Shown: positions 1 to 9,962, numbered from the stretch's first letter. The stretch is DNA of 64,000 nucleotides from Candidatus Bathyarchaeia archaeon (GCA_050013255.1 JBEKFP010000001.1:416001-480000), one strand, 5' to 3'. Notes: generated from the sequence alone by a model not told the origin. Program-made: numbers and translations.

Positions 1-2
1 GT

Positions 3-3000
3 AGGGTTTCTACTGGGTACGCTAGGCTTGATGAGGCGCTTCAAGGAGGCTTCCTAGCCGGTTCAGCCATCGTTCTGAGTGCACCCGTAAGCGACGAAGT
101 CCCAGTACTTCTACGCAGATTCCTTGAAGCTGACCCTACGAGTTTACTGATCTCTCGAAGCTTGTCTTCTGCGGAGCCGATTCTCGGCAACAAACCAGAT
201 GGCCTGAAGTGTTTGGTTTGCAGCGACAAACCCTTTCCCCCAGCCCAGAACACGCTGCCCGGCAAGGGCATCGAAAACCTAACGGAATTAAGCCTCACAA
301 TCACGGAAACCATCAACTCTCTCCAGCCGAGTCGGCTTGTCGTTCAGTTTCTATCCGACGTTCTGTTGCGGCATAAGGCGCTTCAGACTAGGAAATGGCT
401 CTCAGAGCTTCTCGACAAGTTCAGGGCCAAGAACATCACCGCGCTAGTCGTCCTCAACCCGTTCATGCATTCAAGTGAAGAGGTTCAAGCTATCGTTGAC
501 TTATTCAACGGCAACATCGAACTCATCGAGAAACAAGTCGAAGGCCAGTTGAGGAAAGCCCTCATAATCAAATGGATGCATGGGATCGAAACTGCCGAGA
601 AAGAGTTTCCACTAGAAGGGTTAACCTCCGAACCGCAAATCCGAACCGAACAGGTCCCGGTCGCGCCTCCTCCCCTTAAGGAGCCACGATGGCTAACCCC
701 ACTAATCAGTAGAACAACAGAAATGGATAAGCTGAAAACCGCCTTCGAGGATGCCCTGCATAGTAAGTCGTCGGTTATTGCGCTTCAAGGCGAGGCTGGT
801 ATCGGTAAGAGCCGCCTCATGCAGGAACTCGCAGCTTACGCAAACTCTCAGAACGCAGTCGCATTATCAGGACGCGCCTCGCAGGATGGACCACCCTATG
901 GGCCTTGGATTGAGATTGCGAGGCAGTATGTTGCTCAGTCGCCGGGGGAACTCCTCCGAAGGATGCTTGGCGCCAATGCGTCTCAGGTTGTGAAGCTGGT
1001 TCCCGACGTTGCCGTAAAGCTAGGGACTGTTCCTCCACCCCGGACGGGCGGGCAGCAGGATAAAACTCAGTTTTACGAAGCAGTAACGCAATTCTTCATC
1101 GCGATCTCCCGAGAAGCCCCGTTACTTCTACTCTTCGACGACATGGAATACGTCGACCAACCATCAGCCGAACTGTGGGAATACCTCGTCAGACGCACCA
1201 GCAACCTCCAAATTCTCACCGTATGCTCTACTCCGCCGGAGGCCGAAATCGAATCAAAAAGTCAACTTGAACAGGTCTTGATGAAATTCAACAAGGAAAG
1301 GCTTCTCGAAACCATTCCACTCAGAGGCTTAGGTAAGGACGAGACGACCACACTCGTCAGACAGACTTTTAGTGAAGAAACGATTTCCCCTGAGTTTGCT
1401 GACCTGATCTATCAGCACACAGCCGGTAACCCATTCTTCGTTGAAGAAGTGCTCCGCTCACTCGTCGCCGACGGCACAATCTTCAGAACCGAGAAGGGAT
1501 GGGACCGTAAGCCCATCCAAGACATCACCATACCGAAAACCGTTAAGACGGCGCTTAGGGTCCGTCTAGAGAAACTTGACCCTGAAGCCATATCCATGCT
1601 CCAATGGGCCGCCCTCATAGGCTCCAAGTTCGACTTCGAAGTCTTGAAAGAAGCCTCAGAGATTAGCGAGGAGGTGCTCCTCCAGAAACTTGAGACCACA
1701 AACAACCAAGGCCTGATCCTCGAAATCCCAAATGAACATGGTAGGCTGGGGTTCGTTGATGAAAGAATCAGGGACCTGATTATTGAGGACACAATGCAAC
1801 TCAAACAGCGAAGGTACCATCTGAAGATCGCTGAAGCATTGGAGAAAGTCTACGCGCAGAACCTGGATAGCAATTCTGAGATGATCGCCACCCACTTTGA
1901 GCTTTGTGGAGACAAGGAAAGAACCATCAAATACTCAATCATGGCTGGGAAATATGCTCAGTCCATTCATGCCTACGGTCAGGCGGCGGACAGCTACAAG
2001 CGTGCGTTGGATAAGGTCGACGTAAGCGAAACCAAGCAAAGAGCATCACTGCTAGAGAAGCTGGGCGACTGCTTTATGTCGGCCGGACAATTTGCGAACA
2101 GTGTTCAACGCTACCAGGAAGCACTCAACCTACTCGAGAAATCGCAAGATAACACGGGCTGCGCGCGAGTATCAGCTCAACTGACGGGGGGGCTACACGC
2201 AGTTAGGGGCCCTGAAGAGACCGTTCGCTTCTTGAAGGATGCGATGAAGTATGTTCAGGAAAGCCCCGAAAGCTCAGAAGCAGCCAGCCTGTACGTAAGG
2301 CTATCTGATTACCTAGGAATATTGGACCGGTATGATGACGCTAATAGTTGGAATGAGCGTGCTCTTGAGGCGGGGGAGAAGAGCGGAAACTACGCAGCCG
2401 TCTCAGAAGCACTGGCCTGTACGGCTTACATCCTACTTGACGCTGGTAGGATAGATGAGGGACTGCCCAAACTAGAGAAGAGTTTGCAGGTTGCCAAGCA
2501 GCATGATATGTATTTTCAGACCGGAATTGCCTATCTAAACTTAGCAGGCTATACGTATCCAAGGGACCTATCGGCGGCACGTGACTTGGCTTCTCAATTG
2601 CTTGTGCTTGCCAAACAAGAAAACAGGTTGTCCCACCAAGCGACCGCTTTGGCTTACCTCGCTGTTTTCGATTGGTTGCAGGGAAACTGGGCCGAAGCCT
2701 CGGAAGAGTTTGGTGAAGCCTTCGAGATTAAGAATCGACTCGGATTCAAATTCACGGGCATTAACGCTGAGGCTCAGAGAGCCGAATTCTTTCTCAGTGT
2801 CGGAGAATTAGAGAGAACGGAAGAATATTGCCGCTTAGCTTTAGAGAGGCATGACGAGCAGATTTCCCACATAGTTGCAACAAATTTGGCTGTGGGTAAG
2901 CTTCGGTTCGAGCAGGGTCGTGTTGAGGAGGCGAAGGCTCACTTCGAGGCGTGCGTGAATGCCTTCAAGGGCCATGAATTCACCACAGAGCCCCTATGGC

Positions 3001-3392
3001 ATATCGAGGCTCTCCTTCATTTAACGGGCATTTACATTAAGGTGGCTGAACCCGAGAAAGCTCGTATGAATGCTGATTGGGCTAAACGATTAGCAGAGAC
3101 GTTGAAGAGCAACGCAGGGCTGGCTATGGCCCGACAGGCCCAAGCAAACCTTCTACAGGCGTCGGGAGAGTCGAAAGCCGCTCAGGAAGCCTATCAGGAA
3201 TCCCTATCCCTATGGGAGAAGGCCGGTTGGCCCAACTATCAAGCTAAAGCCCTAGTCGAATACGCGGAAGCGATCGCGAAGACAGCTGCTGAGGAATCTC
3301 GGAAACGCCTCGGAGAGGCTGTTGAAATCTTCAAGAAGCTTGGAGCAAAGCGCGACCTGGAGATGGGCGAAGCTAAACTTTCCGCTAAGTAA
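3..3392 (+). CDS. Degenerate KaiC/RAD55-like domain fused to STAND (AAA_16/MalT-like) NTPase and TPR repeats; 5'-partial
   Basis: Frame is open from nt 3 (RVSTGYARLDEALQGGFLAGSAIVL, RAD55/KaiC N-terminus with Walker A lost). Then Walker A GEAGIGKS, Walker B LLLLFDD, GNPFF motif and a long helical TPR-like C-terminus. Confidence 0.8.
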   Translation, partial: RVSTGYARLDEALQGGFLAGSAIVLSAPVSDEVPVLLRRFLEADPTSLLISRSLSSAEPILGNKPDGLKCLVCSDKPFPPAQNTLPGKGIENLTELSLTITETINSLQPSRLVVQFLSDVLLRHKALQTRKWLSELLDKFRAKNITALVVLNPFMHSSEEVQAIVDLFNGNIELIEKQVEGQLRKALIIKWMHGIETAEKEFPLEGLTSEPQIRTEQVPVAPPPLKEPRWLTPLISRTTEMDKLKTAFEDALHSKSSVIALQGEAGIGKSRLMQELAAYANSQNAVALSGRASQDGPPYGPWIEIARQYVAQSPGELLRRMLGANASQVVKLVPDVAVKLGTVPPPRTGGQQDKTQFYEAVTQFFIAISREAPLLLLFDDMEYVDQPSAELWEYLVRRTSNLQILTVCSTPPEAEIESKSQLEQVLMKFNKERLLETIPLRGLGKDETTTLVRQTFSEETISPEFADLIYQHTAGNPFFVEEVLRSLVADGTIFRTEKGWDRKPIQDITIPKTVKTALRVRLEKLDPEAISMLQWAALIGSKFDFEVLKEASEISEEVLLQKLETTNNQGLILEIPNEHGRLGFVDERIRDLIIEDTMQLKQRRYHLKIAEALEKVYAQNLDSNSEMIATHFELCGDKERTIKYSIMAGKYAQSIHAYGQAADSYKRALDKVDVSETKQRASLLEKLGDCFMSAGQFANSVQRYQEALNLLEKSQDNTGCARVSAQLTGGLHAVRGPEETVRFLKDAMKYVQESPESSEAASLYVRLSDYLGILDRYDDANSWNERALEAGEKSGNYAAVSEALACTAYILLDAGRIDEGLPKLEKSLQVAKQHDMYFQTGIAYLNLAGYTYPRDLSAARDLASQLLVLAKQENRLSHQATALAYLAVFDWLQGNWAEASEEFGEAFEIKNRLGFKFTGINAEAQRAEFFLSVGELERTEEYCRLALERHDEQISHIVATNLAVGKLRFEQGRVEEAKAHFEACVNAFKGHEFTTEPLWHIEALLHLTGIYIKVAEPEKARMNADWAKRLAETLKSNAGLAMARQAQANLLQASGESKAAQEAYQESLSLWEKAGWPNYQAKALVEYAEAIAKTAAEESRKRLGEAVEIFKKLGAKRDLEMGEAKLSAK

Positions 3393-3480
3393 GAAACTGC
3401 ACAAGAACGCGATCGAACCACTGCTAGGTCTCTTCGAGGATCAACCGACGTCAAGACCGCTTGCGGTTATCCTTCATGCT

Positions 3481-3522
3481 TTTATATATCAGTCATACTA
3501 TAATATCATAGCATATATGCTA
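3481..3522 (+). promoter_or_regulatory. TATA box (TTTATATA) plus perfect 14-bp palindrome TAGCATATATGCTA, putative operator
   Basis: TATA at 3481-3488 and palindrome at 3509-3522 near the expected transcription start, upstream of the wHTH gene at 3548. Confidence 0.5.
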
Positions 3523-3547
3523 CAATAGAAAACTACAGGCAGTAGCG

Positions 3548-4612
3548 ATGGATGAGACCGCATTCAGGATATTGGACACGCTTTGGAAAGAGACTGGTAG
3601 ACCTGTTTCTATACGTGAATTGACTTCCAAGATAAGGGAGTCCCACGGCACCGCCTACTATGCTAACATCTACCAGAAAGTGCGCGCGCTAACAAGGGAG
3701 GGAACGATAACTCTCACGAAGGCTGGAAGGTCTTCGATTGTCGACCTCAATTTCACCAACTATCTGCTGATCGATCTCCTCACAGAGCTGGAGCTGAAGA
3801 GAAAACACAACCTGCTGATGAAATCGAAAGAACTGCAGATGCTCTTCAAGGACGTCGAAGAACGTTATGAGGACATCCGTTCCATAGAATCGATATCAGC
3901 GATAAGCGCAGAGCGGAACCTGAAACTGAACAGAGCGGAGCTCCTGATCCTACTGCATGATTCAAGAGACAACAATCTCCACCGCGAGATAATCAAAATA
4001 CATGCGATTACGCGGGATTTACAGGCACATCATAACACCAAGATCGACACTATCATATTGACCACCGGCGCGTTTCTCGACTTCTTGACATCGGATGAGA
4101 TTAATCCACTAAGAGAGATGCTGTCCAACAAGATAACTTTCCATTCGCCGCAGGATTTCTGGACACATACCGCCGCTGCGTTGACCAGAGGATACAGGAT
4201 TAAACTACTGAAAACAGATACGAATCCTTCGAAGATATCTGAGAAGGATCTCATATTCAATCTCGCAAGGTACGGCTACAAGGAGATTGGGTTTGAGATA
4301 CGGGAAGGAGAGAAGATCTGCATCGAGTACATTATAGCATCAATGCTGATGACGGAAGAGGCAAGACGCATTAACGCTATACCGATACTTCTGGCTAAGA
4401 ACAAGGCGAACTATAGTCTGCTGATCTTCCTGTCGCAGAAGTATAGGTTTTCGGCGAGACTGTTGGGGTTACTCAAAGCTTTGAGCAGGATCAAGCCCCT
4501 GAGTGAAAATGCGACAGGGATTGATATTCTCGAAAAGTTGGGCACGAAAGAAATCAAGGCTGATGAGAAGAGCATTGAACAGAAGATGAGGCTATACAAT
4601 GCAATTAGATAG
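3548..4612 (+). CDS. Winged-HTH protein with degenerate nucleotidyltransferase-like middle domain (possible antitoxin/regulator)
   Basis: N-terminal wHTH-like segment (SIRELTSKI...YANIYQKVRALTREGTITLTKAG); overlaps the downstream NTase ORF. Confidence 0.55.
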   Translation: MDETAFRILDTLWKETGRPVSIRELTSKIRESHGTAYYANIYQKVRALTREGTITLTKAGRSSIVDLNFTNYLLIDLLTELELKRKHNLLMKSKELQMLFKDVEERYEDIRSIESISAISAERNLKLNRAELLILLHDSRDNNLHREIIKIHAITRDLQAHHNTKIDTIILTTGAFLDFLTSDEINPLREMLSNKITFHSPQDFWTHTAAALTRGYRIKLLKTDTNPSKISEKDLIFNLARYGYKEIGFEIREGEKICIEYIIASMLMTEEARRINAIPILLAKNKANYSLLIFLSQKYRFSARLLGLLKALSRIKPLSENATGIDILEKLGTKEIKADEKSIEQKMRLYNAIR

Positions 4613-4844
4613 CAGTGCGCTAATCGAATTTCTTGAGGAAGTAGACAAGGAGCTCAATAGAACCATTACGCTCATAGCGGTCGGAGGGACAGCGATGACC
4701 CTCCTTCGCGTAAAGGCTTCTACGGTAGATGTCGACTTCACTCTGCCGGGCGAGGATTACGACGAATTTCAAAAAGCGCTCAAGAATACGCCGCACGGTT
4801 TCAAGGTAGATTACTGGAAGGACGGTATCGAGGTAGGGCTTTGA
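4599..4844 (+). pseudogene. Truncated DUF6036/AbiEii-like nucleotidyltransferase
   Basis: LIAVGGTAM...STVDVDF is the G-G...DxD NTase motif; only 81 aa, ends overlapping the next gene's TTG. Confidence 0.6.
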
Positions 4845-5698
4845 AGGCCAGCCAATATCAAAGGGAGAAGGCGGAGGAGTTTCGTTCACTTCACTATGCG
4901 AAAAAGATACTCGTTCTTCCAAATGCCTGGGACGTACCAAGCGCGAGGGTCTTCGAGGATGCTGGTTTTCCTGCGATCGCCACGTCCAGCGCAGCCCTAG
5001 CGATATCGGTCGGTTATCCTGACGGTGAGAAGATCCGCAAAGAGGAACTTTTCTCGGTTGTGAAGAAAATCGCAGGCGTCCTCAGTGTCCCACTCAGCGT
5101 GGACATAGAATCGGGTTTCGGAGCCAGCATAGATTCGTTAACGGATACTATCCGCCGCGTCATTGAGGCCGGGGCTGTGGGAATAAACATTGAAGACATT
5201 TCAGACTTCGAAAAGAAAACGCTTCTCCCCGTCGAGAAACAGGTTGAGAGAATTCGGGCGGTAAGAACGGCTTCAGATTCCCTAGGCATCCCTCTCCTGA
5301 TGAACGCGCGCACCGACGCTTACCGTTTTGGGACGGGGGATGAGAGGGCTAGGCTTGATGCGGCTATTAGAAGGGAGAGGGCGTATGAAGCCGCAGGGGC
5401 AGATTGCCTCTACCCCATAGGCTTGACGGACAGGGAATCGATCCTGACATTCGTCAAGGCCGTGAACAAGCCCATGAATATAATGGCACGCAAAGGCACA
5501 CCCACAATCACTGAGCTGCAAGAGATGGGTGTCAAACGACTAAGCCTTGGCCCAGGGCCAATGTATGCAACAATGGGTCTCTTGAGAAAAATCGCGCAGG
5601 AGTTGAAGGAGAAAGGAACATACGAAACCCTCCTAACCGGCGCGATTACCTTTGACGAGTTAAATGCACTCTCCCTGCCGAGAAAATTCGCGAAGTAA
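4841..5698 (+). CDS. Isocitrate lyase/PEP mutase family protein
   Basis: LPNAWDVPSAR, ATSSAA, VDIESGFG, GINIED and NARTD motifs. Confidence 0.9.
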   Translation: MKASQYQREKAEEFRSLHYAKKILVLPNAWDVPSARVFEDAGFPAIATSSAALAISVGYPDGEKIRKEELFSVVKKIAGVLSVPLSVDIESGFGASIDSLTDTIRRVIEAGAVGINIEDISDFEKKTLLPVEKQVERIRAVRTASDSLGIPLLMNARTDAYRFGTGDERARLDAAIRRERAYEAAGADCLYPIGLTDRESILTFVKAVNKPMNIMARKGTPTITELQEMGVKRLSLGPGPMYATMGLLRKIAQELKEKGTYETLLTGAITFDELNALSLPRKFAK

Positions 5699-5870
5699 GT
5701 TCAAGAAACACCACTGGGTCCGAATGATGTCTAGCATATGTTATACACACCTAGCGGGTGAAAATACTGGGATATCTCCCTAAACGGCTTGCTCTAAGCG
5801 TTTTCTCGCCGTTTCGTTCGTTAACAGAACCCACATTAGCAACGCCTGCAGGTAGATACTTCACTGATAG

Positions 5871-6344
5871 TTGTTGGCAGTTGATATTCGGCTTAAACGG
5901 GCTCCCGCATACAAAGTCGCCTCTATGATCCGAGTCGGATCGTACGATAGGAACATGCTCCGGTCTGAATTCAGCCAACTTCTAAAATGGGCAAACAAGA
6001 GAAAACTTCGAACAGGGAAATGGATGATGTACTTCATAGATGAGCCTGGTGGCCGTAGGCCAGCGAACAAGCTTCGGTCAGAAGCCTGCCTCCAAATCAA
6101 GGGTAAGGCGAAGAGTGAGGGGAAGATCAAGGTCAAGGAGCTCCCCGCACAAAAAGTTGCCAGTGTCACATTCAACCCAGAAAAAGTCTCACCCCGCCTA
6201 GTCTACTCGGGAATCTATGGATGGTTGAAATATGGAGGGTTCAAGGACACGGTCCTTGGCCGAGAATTATACATCGGAAACCCATGGCGCAACCCTCGTG
6301 CTTGGGCGAACGCGGAAGTTCAAGTTCCTCTGAAAAGAAGATAG
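5871..6344 (+). CDS. GyrI-like small-molecule-binding domain protein
   Basis: VKELPAQKVAS, YSGIYGWL, RELYIGNP...EVQVPL pattern. Confidence 0.75.
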   Translation: MLAVDIRLKRAPAYKVASMIRVGSYDRNMLRSEFSQLLKWANKRKLRTGKWMMYFIDEPGGRRPANKLRSEACLQIKGKAKSEGKIKVKELPAQKVASVTFNPEKVSPRLVYSGIYGWLKYGGFKDTVLGRELYIGNPWRNPRAWANAEVQVPLKRR

Positions 6345-6383
6345 AAACAATTTACCTGATTGACTGTAGATCGAATTCCAGGT

Positions 6384-6566
6384 TCACAATCTCATCTTAA
6401 TCTTTCTTACGAGTCTTCCTATTTTCACTCTGGCTTTTCCTTCAGCTTGCTCTACCTTACCTTTGAGCTGTGCAGTTTTGTTGTTCCTCAACTTACCTAT
6501 CTGTTCCCGAAGTTTACCTTTGATTTGTTTGCTTCTACCCCTGATTTCGGCAGCGCTAGTGGGCAT
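6384..6566 (-). CDS. CsbD-like general stress protein
   Basis: KQIKGKLREQIGKL...QLKGKVEQAEGKAR pattern, 60 aa. Confidence 0.75.
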   Translation of the reverse strand: MPTSAAEIRGRSKQIKGKLREQIGKLRNNKTAQLKGKVEQAEGKARVKIGRLVRKIKMRL

Positions 6567-6720
6567 TGGAACCTTAATCGTTTTCTTCGCATTTGCTAAC
6601 CTCTACTTCCTTGCTTGAGGACCGACACCAATTAGCTGTGTGTACACTTGGTGTAGATCAACATCGCCGCGTAGAAAAAGTGTAGATAAGACTATCTAGT
6701 AGCTCGTATGACAATCTCGA

Positions 6721-7047
6721 TTGAGAAACTTGGTTAAACAACACGGGTTGGCTAAGGCTGCCTATTACCTCGCCCTCATTGGCGGCATTCTATTGTTAGT
6801 CTTCGGCCTCCTGGCACTAGTCGGATATGCCATTTCACTGCCCTTCAACGTCCCATTGCGAGGAATGACATTTGGCTTCGCTTTCCTCCCCTTGATTCTG
6901 GGAGTTGTAGCAATTATCGGAGCCAAACGTGTCACTGAACTCCTGTGGGCCATTGTTCTGATCGTCGTTGGTTTTCTCGGCGGAGGCATTGGAGGTCTTT
7001 TGGTGCTGTTGGGCGGCTTGTTGGGGCTGATCCTTCACTTCATCTAG
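6721..7047 (+). CDS. Small multi-pass membrane protein
   Basis: Hydrophobic Gly-rich helices. Confidence 0.7.
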   Translation: MRNLVKQHGLAKAAYYLALIGGILLLVFGLLALVGYAISLPFNVPLRGMTFGFAFLPLILGVVAIIGAKRVTELLWAIVLIVVGFLGGGIGGLLVLLGGLLGLILHFI

Positions 7048-7103
7048 AAGTTTAAGTTCCTCTGAAAAGAAGAAAGAGATAGTTTACTCAACTCGGCGAT
7101 GGT

Positions 7104-7526
7104 ATGGTATACATTCTCGACGAGGGCAGCTTCTTCGACGCACCGATCGATAAGGTTTGGAAGTATCTTCCGTCAGATGAGCATCGGCACAACAGCATGA
7201 AACTCATAAGCAGGGAAATGGCGAGCAGCAATGCTGTCGTTATCACAGCTGAAAGGAACTTTATGGGGAAAACGGTGAGGACTAAGATAAAGAACACTTT
7301 GTATCCTCCGTTCGGATTTGTGCAGGAACACCTTGAAGGGCCCACCGCAGGCTCAAGGGCTTTCGTGTACTACATACCAAAAGGAAACAAAACAGGAATA
7401 ACTGTAGTGGGAGAGTTTGTTATCAGCGGAGTAGATGAGAAGGGAACGAGAGACGCGGCTATGGCTCAATTACAAGTGTCGTTCGATGAAGACAATGCGA
7501 ACCTGAAGAACACGAAGCAAACTTAG
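7104..7526 (+). CDS. SRPBCC/START-like protein
   Basis: FDAPIDKVWKYL N-terminal motif, EGPTAGS, C-terminal helix. Confidence 0.55.
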   Translation: MVYILDEGSFFDAPIDKVWKYLPSDEHRHNSMKLISREMASSNAVVITAERNFMGKTVRTKIKNTLYPPFGFVQEHLEGPTAGSRAFVYYIPKGNKTGITVVGEFVISGVDEKGTRDAAMAQLQVSFDEDNANLKNTKQT

Positions 7527-7680
7527 TTCACTTGGCTTGAACTGACAGCCAACGTATGAGAGGCACTATTATGGCAGCCTGACCTCAAGTAGATGCATTC
7601 ATGGTGCGCGCACACACTCAAACGACAGCGATAGGGAAGAGAAGAATTCATATTAGGACAACCTTTCCAGATGAAAGGAT

Positions 7681-8217
7681 ATGAAAAGCTGTTCCGCCAT
7701 TATCCTAACGGCTGATCAGTTCGAGGACATGGAGGTATTCTTCCCGTATTTCCGATTGCTCGAGGAAGGCGTGAAAGTGCACGTGGCAGCGCCCAGTAAA
7801 GAAACAATTCACGGGGAACATGGTTACGCATTGAATCCTGACAAGACTCTGGACGAAGTAGATCCTGACGATTATGACCTTCTCATAATTCCCGGCGGGT
7901 CCCCTGACGGGGCTCCGACTTCCGTGCGCAACCATCCAAAAGCCCTTTCAATTACAAAATCGTTCTTCACCAAGAACAAAAGTGTGGCATCAATTTGCCA
8001 TGGCCCCTACACTCTTGTTTCTGCCCACGTCATAAAGGGAAGGCGTCTAACATCATACTGGCACGATGGAGTGCCAGAAGAGATCAAAGCGGCAGGAGGA
8101 GTTTACGAGGACAAAGAGGTTGTCGTTGATGGCAATCTGATCACCTCACGATGGCCACCAGATCTTCCGGCCTTCATGCACGAAGTCATGAATGCGGTCC
8201 AGAAGATCAGGAAATGA
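7681..8217 (+). CDS. pfpI: PfpI/DJ-1 family protease/deglycase
   Basis: FEDME, IIPGG, ASICHGP nucleophile motif, VVVDGNLITSR. Confidence 0.92.
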   Translation: MKSCSAIILTADQFEDMEVFFPYFRLLEEGVKVHVAAPSKETIHGEHGYALNPDKTLDEVDPDDYDLLIIPGGSPDGAPTSVRNHPKALSITKSFFTKNKSVASICHGPYTLVSAHVIKGRRLTSYWHDGVPEEIKAAGGVYEDKEVVVDGNLITSRWPPDLPAFMHEVMNAVQKIRK

Positions 8218-8366
8218 TGGCGATTCCCAAACAGTCGACTTTAGTATCCACATTGACAATTGTTCCAGGTTCGGGAACCGGAGAGCTTAAAGGAATTGCG
8301 GGAGCAGGAACGTCCGTTGCGACGCCGAAAAGTTGTAACTGTGAACTAGATCATGAGCTCTCATAA
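8214..8366 (+). pseudogene. Remnant of DUF3224-like gene (C-terminal fragment)
   Basis: LTIVPGSGTGELKGIAGAG matches the DUF3224 C-terminal motif; the N-terminal part is absent. Confidence 0.45.
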
Positions 8367-8931
8367 CTCCAAGATCGATTCACAGCCTGACGCGTTGACG
8401 GTCATCTCCGACAGCCTTGAGTCATTGGAGAAGCCGGTTGTATTGGCACTGATAGATCCGATCCGCTATCAAGAAGCGGTCATAGGGCTGCTGCGCTACT
8501 TTATGGGTAAGGTGCCCCGCGGAATCTATGTGAGTTTGAATAAACCCTACGCGGTTCTTGCAAAGACCTTTGAGAAGTCTGGAATATCAGTGGACTCTTT
8601 GTTCTTTGTAGACGCAATCACCAACGTTCCAGCCCTTCAAGAGGAAACAGATCACTCATGCCTCGGGTCGACTGTTGACTTGAGCAGCCTCTGCATAGCG
8701 ACCTCAAAAGCCGTTAATCGTTTTGCGGAGGACAAGTTCCTCGTTCTTGATAGCCTCTCTACACTTCTCATATACAACGAGTCGAAGGCCGTAGCAAAAT
8801 TCGCACATTTGCTAACCGAGAAAATGAGGCGTTGGAATACATCAGGATCCCTGCTCACAGTTGAAATGAACGCCGAAAAGGACGTGGTGTCGCAGCTTGC
8901 TCCGTTCTGCGATAAGGTTGTGAGGATTTGA
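8353..8931 (+). CDS. Inactive KaiC/RecA-superfamily ATPase-like protein (COG0467-like, no Walker A)
   Basis: GIYVSLNKP, LFFVDAIT and FLVLDSLSTLLIYN motifs; no GxxxxGK[ST]. Confidence 0.75.
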   Translation: MSSHNSKIDSQPDALTVISDSLESLEKPVVLALIDPIRYQEAVIGLLRYFMGKVPRGIYVSLNKPYAVLAKTFEKSGISVDSLFFVDAITNVPALQEETDHSCLGSTVDLSSLCIATSKAVNRFAEDKFLVLDSLSTLLIYNESKAVAKFAHLLTEKMRRWNTSGSLLTVEMNAEKDVVSQLAPFCDKVVRI

Positions 8932-9962
8932 GTAGTATGTCAAAGGAGAGTGGGGTCCGGTTTGGGGTACTCGACCCTACATTGTACGGGGCCGCGAGGG
9001 TTTTTGATTATCTTGGGGTCCGCGGGCAGGATATGCTCGACAAGGTTGGTGAAGGAATCATCGAATACGGCCTCACCGAAGGCTACTTTGAACAATCAAG
9101 CAACCCACATGAATTTGTCGGCAACATTGTGAAGTTCTTTGCTCAAAACGGCTACGTGAATAACGTGAAGATTGACCAAACCGGCGAGACTATGAATATC
9201 ACGATGTGGAATTGGCGGTTTCTACCCATCATGAAGAAATTACGCAACCGCAACTCCTACCTGCTCACCTGTCCGATGTGCATAGCGAATAACGCGATCA
9301 CGAAATCAGCGGGAGTGATGGGAGAACGAATTTCGGAACAAGTTACCCCGGACGGAATGTACACGATGACGATTAAAATGGTCCCGGGCATTCGAAACAC
9401 AAGGCAAACTGTCATTCCACTCAAGCCCGCTGACCTTAGCAATACTCCACTGGCCAGCCAAATGAACGAGAGCCTAGGATTACCTGCCTTTGAAGCAGTT
9501 GCATACGGGTTAGCGCGCGCGTTCGACTACCTCGGGGCGCAAGCACAGCTCCTCCTCGATAAGGTTGGGGCCGGAGTAATTGAGTTCCTCCAGGAAGAGT
9601 TGCAAATCTCCCTACCCAATGAACCTTCGAAAGCAGTTGAGAATCTTGCTTTATTCTTCACAAAGAACCAATTGGCTGATGAGATCAGATCCCAGATCTC
9701 GCCATCTGAAGCAAAAATCTCCTTCACGAATTATAGGTATGCACGCGTACTCAGGAGACTCCTCAGCGAGGGCATCACCTTGGTCTCGTGTCCTTTCACG
9801 CTCACCGTTCGCACCTTGTTGCGTCAGAGGAATTTGGCGGCGGGCGATGTCAAATGGAAATTCGTCGGTGAGCGAGACGTCTCGCTCACCATGCCAATTG
9901 TTCGCATCGCAGACCAACAATTTGACGAAGAAAAGGTTGCCAGCTTAATGGAATCCCCGTAA
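8928..9962 (+). CDS. Tandem-duplicated V4R/MetOD1-like ligand-binding protein
   Basis: Internal repeat YGAARVFDYLGVRGQDMLDKVGEGII / YGLARAFDYLGAQAQLLLDKVGAGVI, each half with a CP motif; TTGA overlap with upstream gene. Confidence 0.55.
   Translation: MSSMSKESGVRFGVLDPTLYGAARVFDYLGVRGQDMLDKVGEGIIEYGLTEGYFEQSSNPHEFVGNIVKFFAQNGYVNNVKIDQTGETMNITMWNWRFLPIMKKLRNRNSYLLTCPMCIANNAITKSAGVMGERISEQVTPDGMYTMTIKMVPGIRNTRQTVIPLKPADLSNTPLASQMNESLGLPAFEAVAYGLARAFDYLGAQAQLLLDKVGAGVIEFLQEELQISLPNEPSKAVENLALFFTKNQLADEIRSQISPSEAKISFTNYRYARVLRRLLSEGITLVSCPFTLTVRTLLRQRNLAAGDVKWKFVGERDVSLTMPIVRIADQQFDEEKVASLMESP

Noticed and set aside
4844-4900. Programmed frameshift or readthrough joining the NTase to the PEP mutase
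   Set aside because: No slippery sequence seen; PEP mutase has its own GAGGT SD-like sequence and TTG start
8353-8931. Circadian clock interpretation of KaiC-like genes
   Set aside because: Single domain, no Walker A, no KaiA/KaiB in the window
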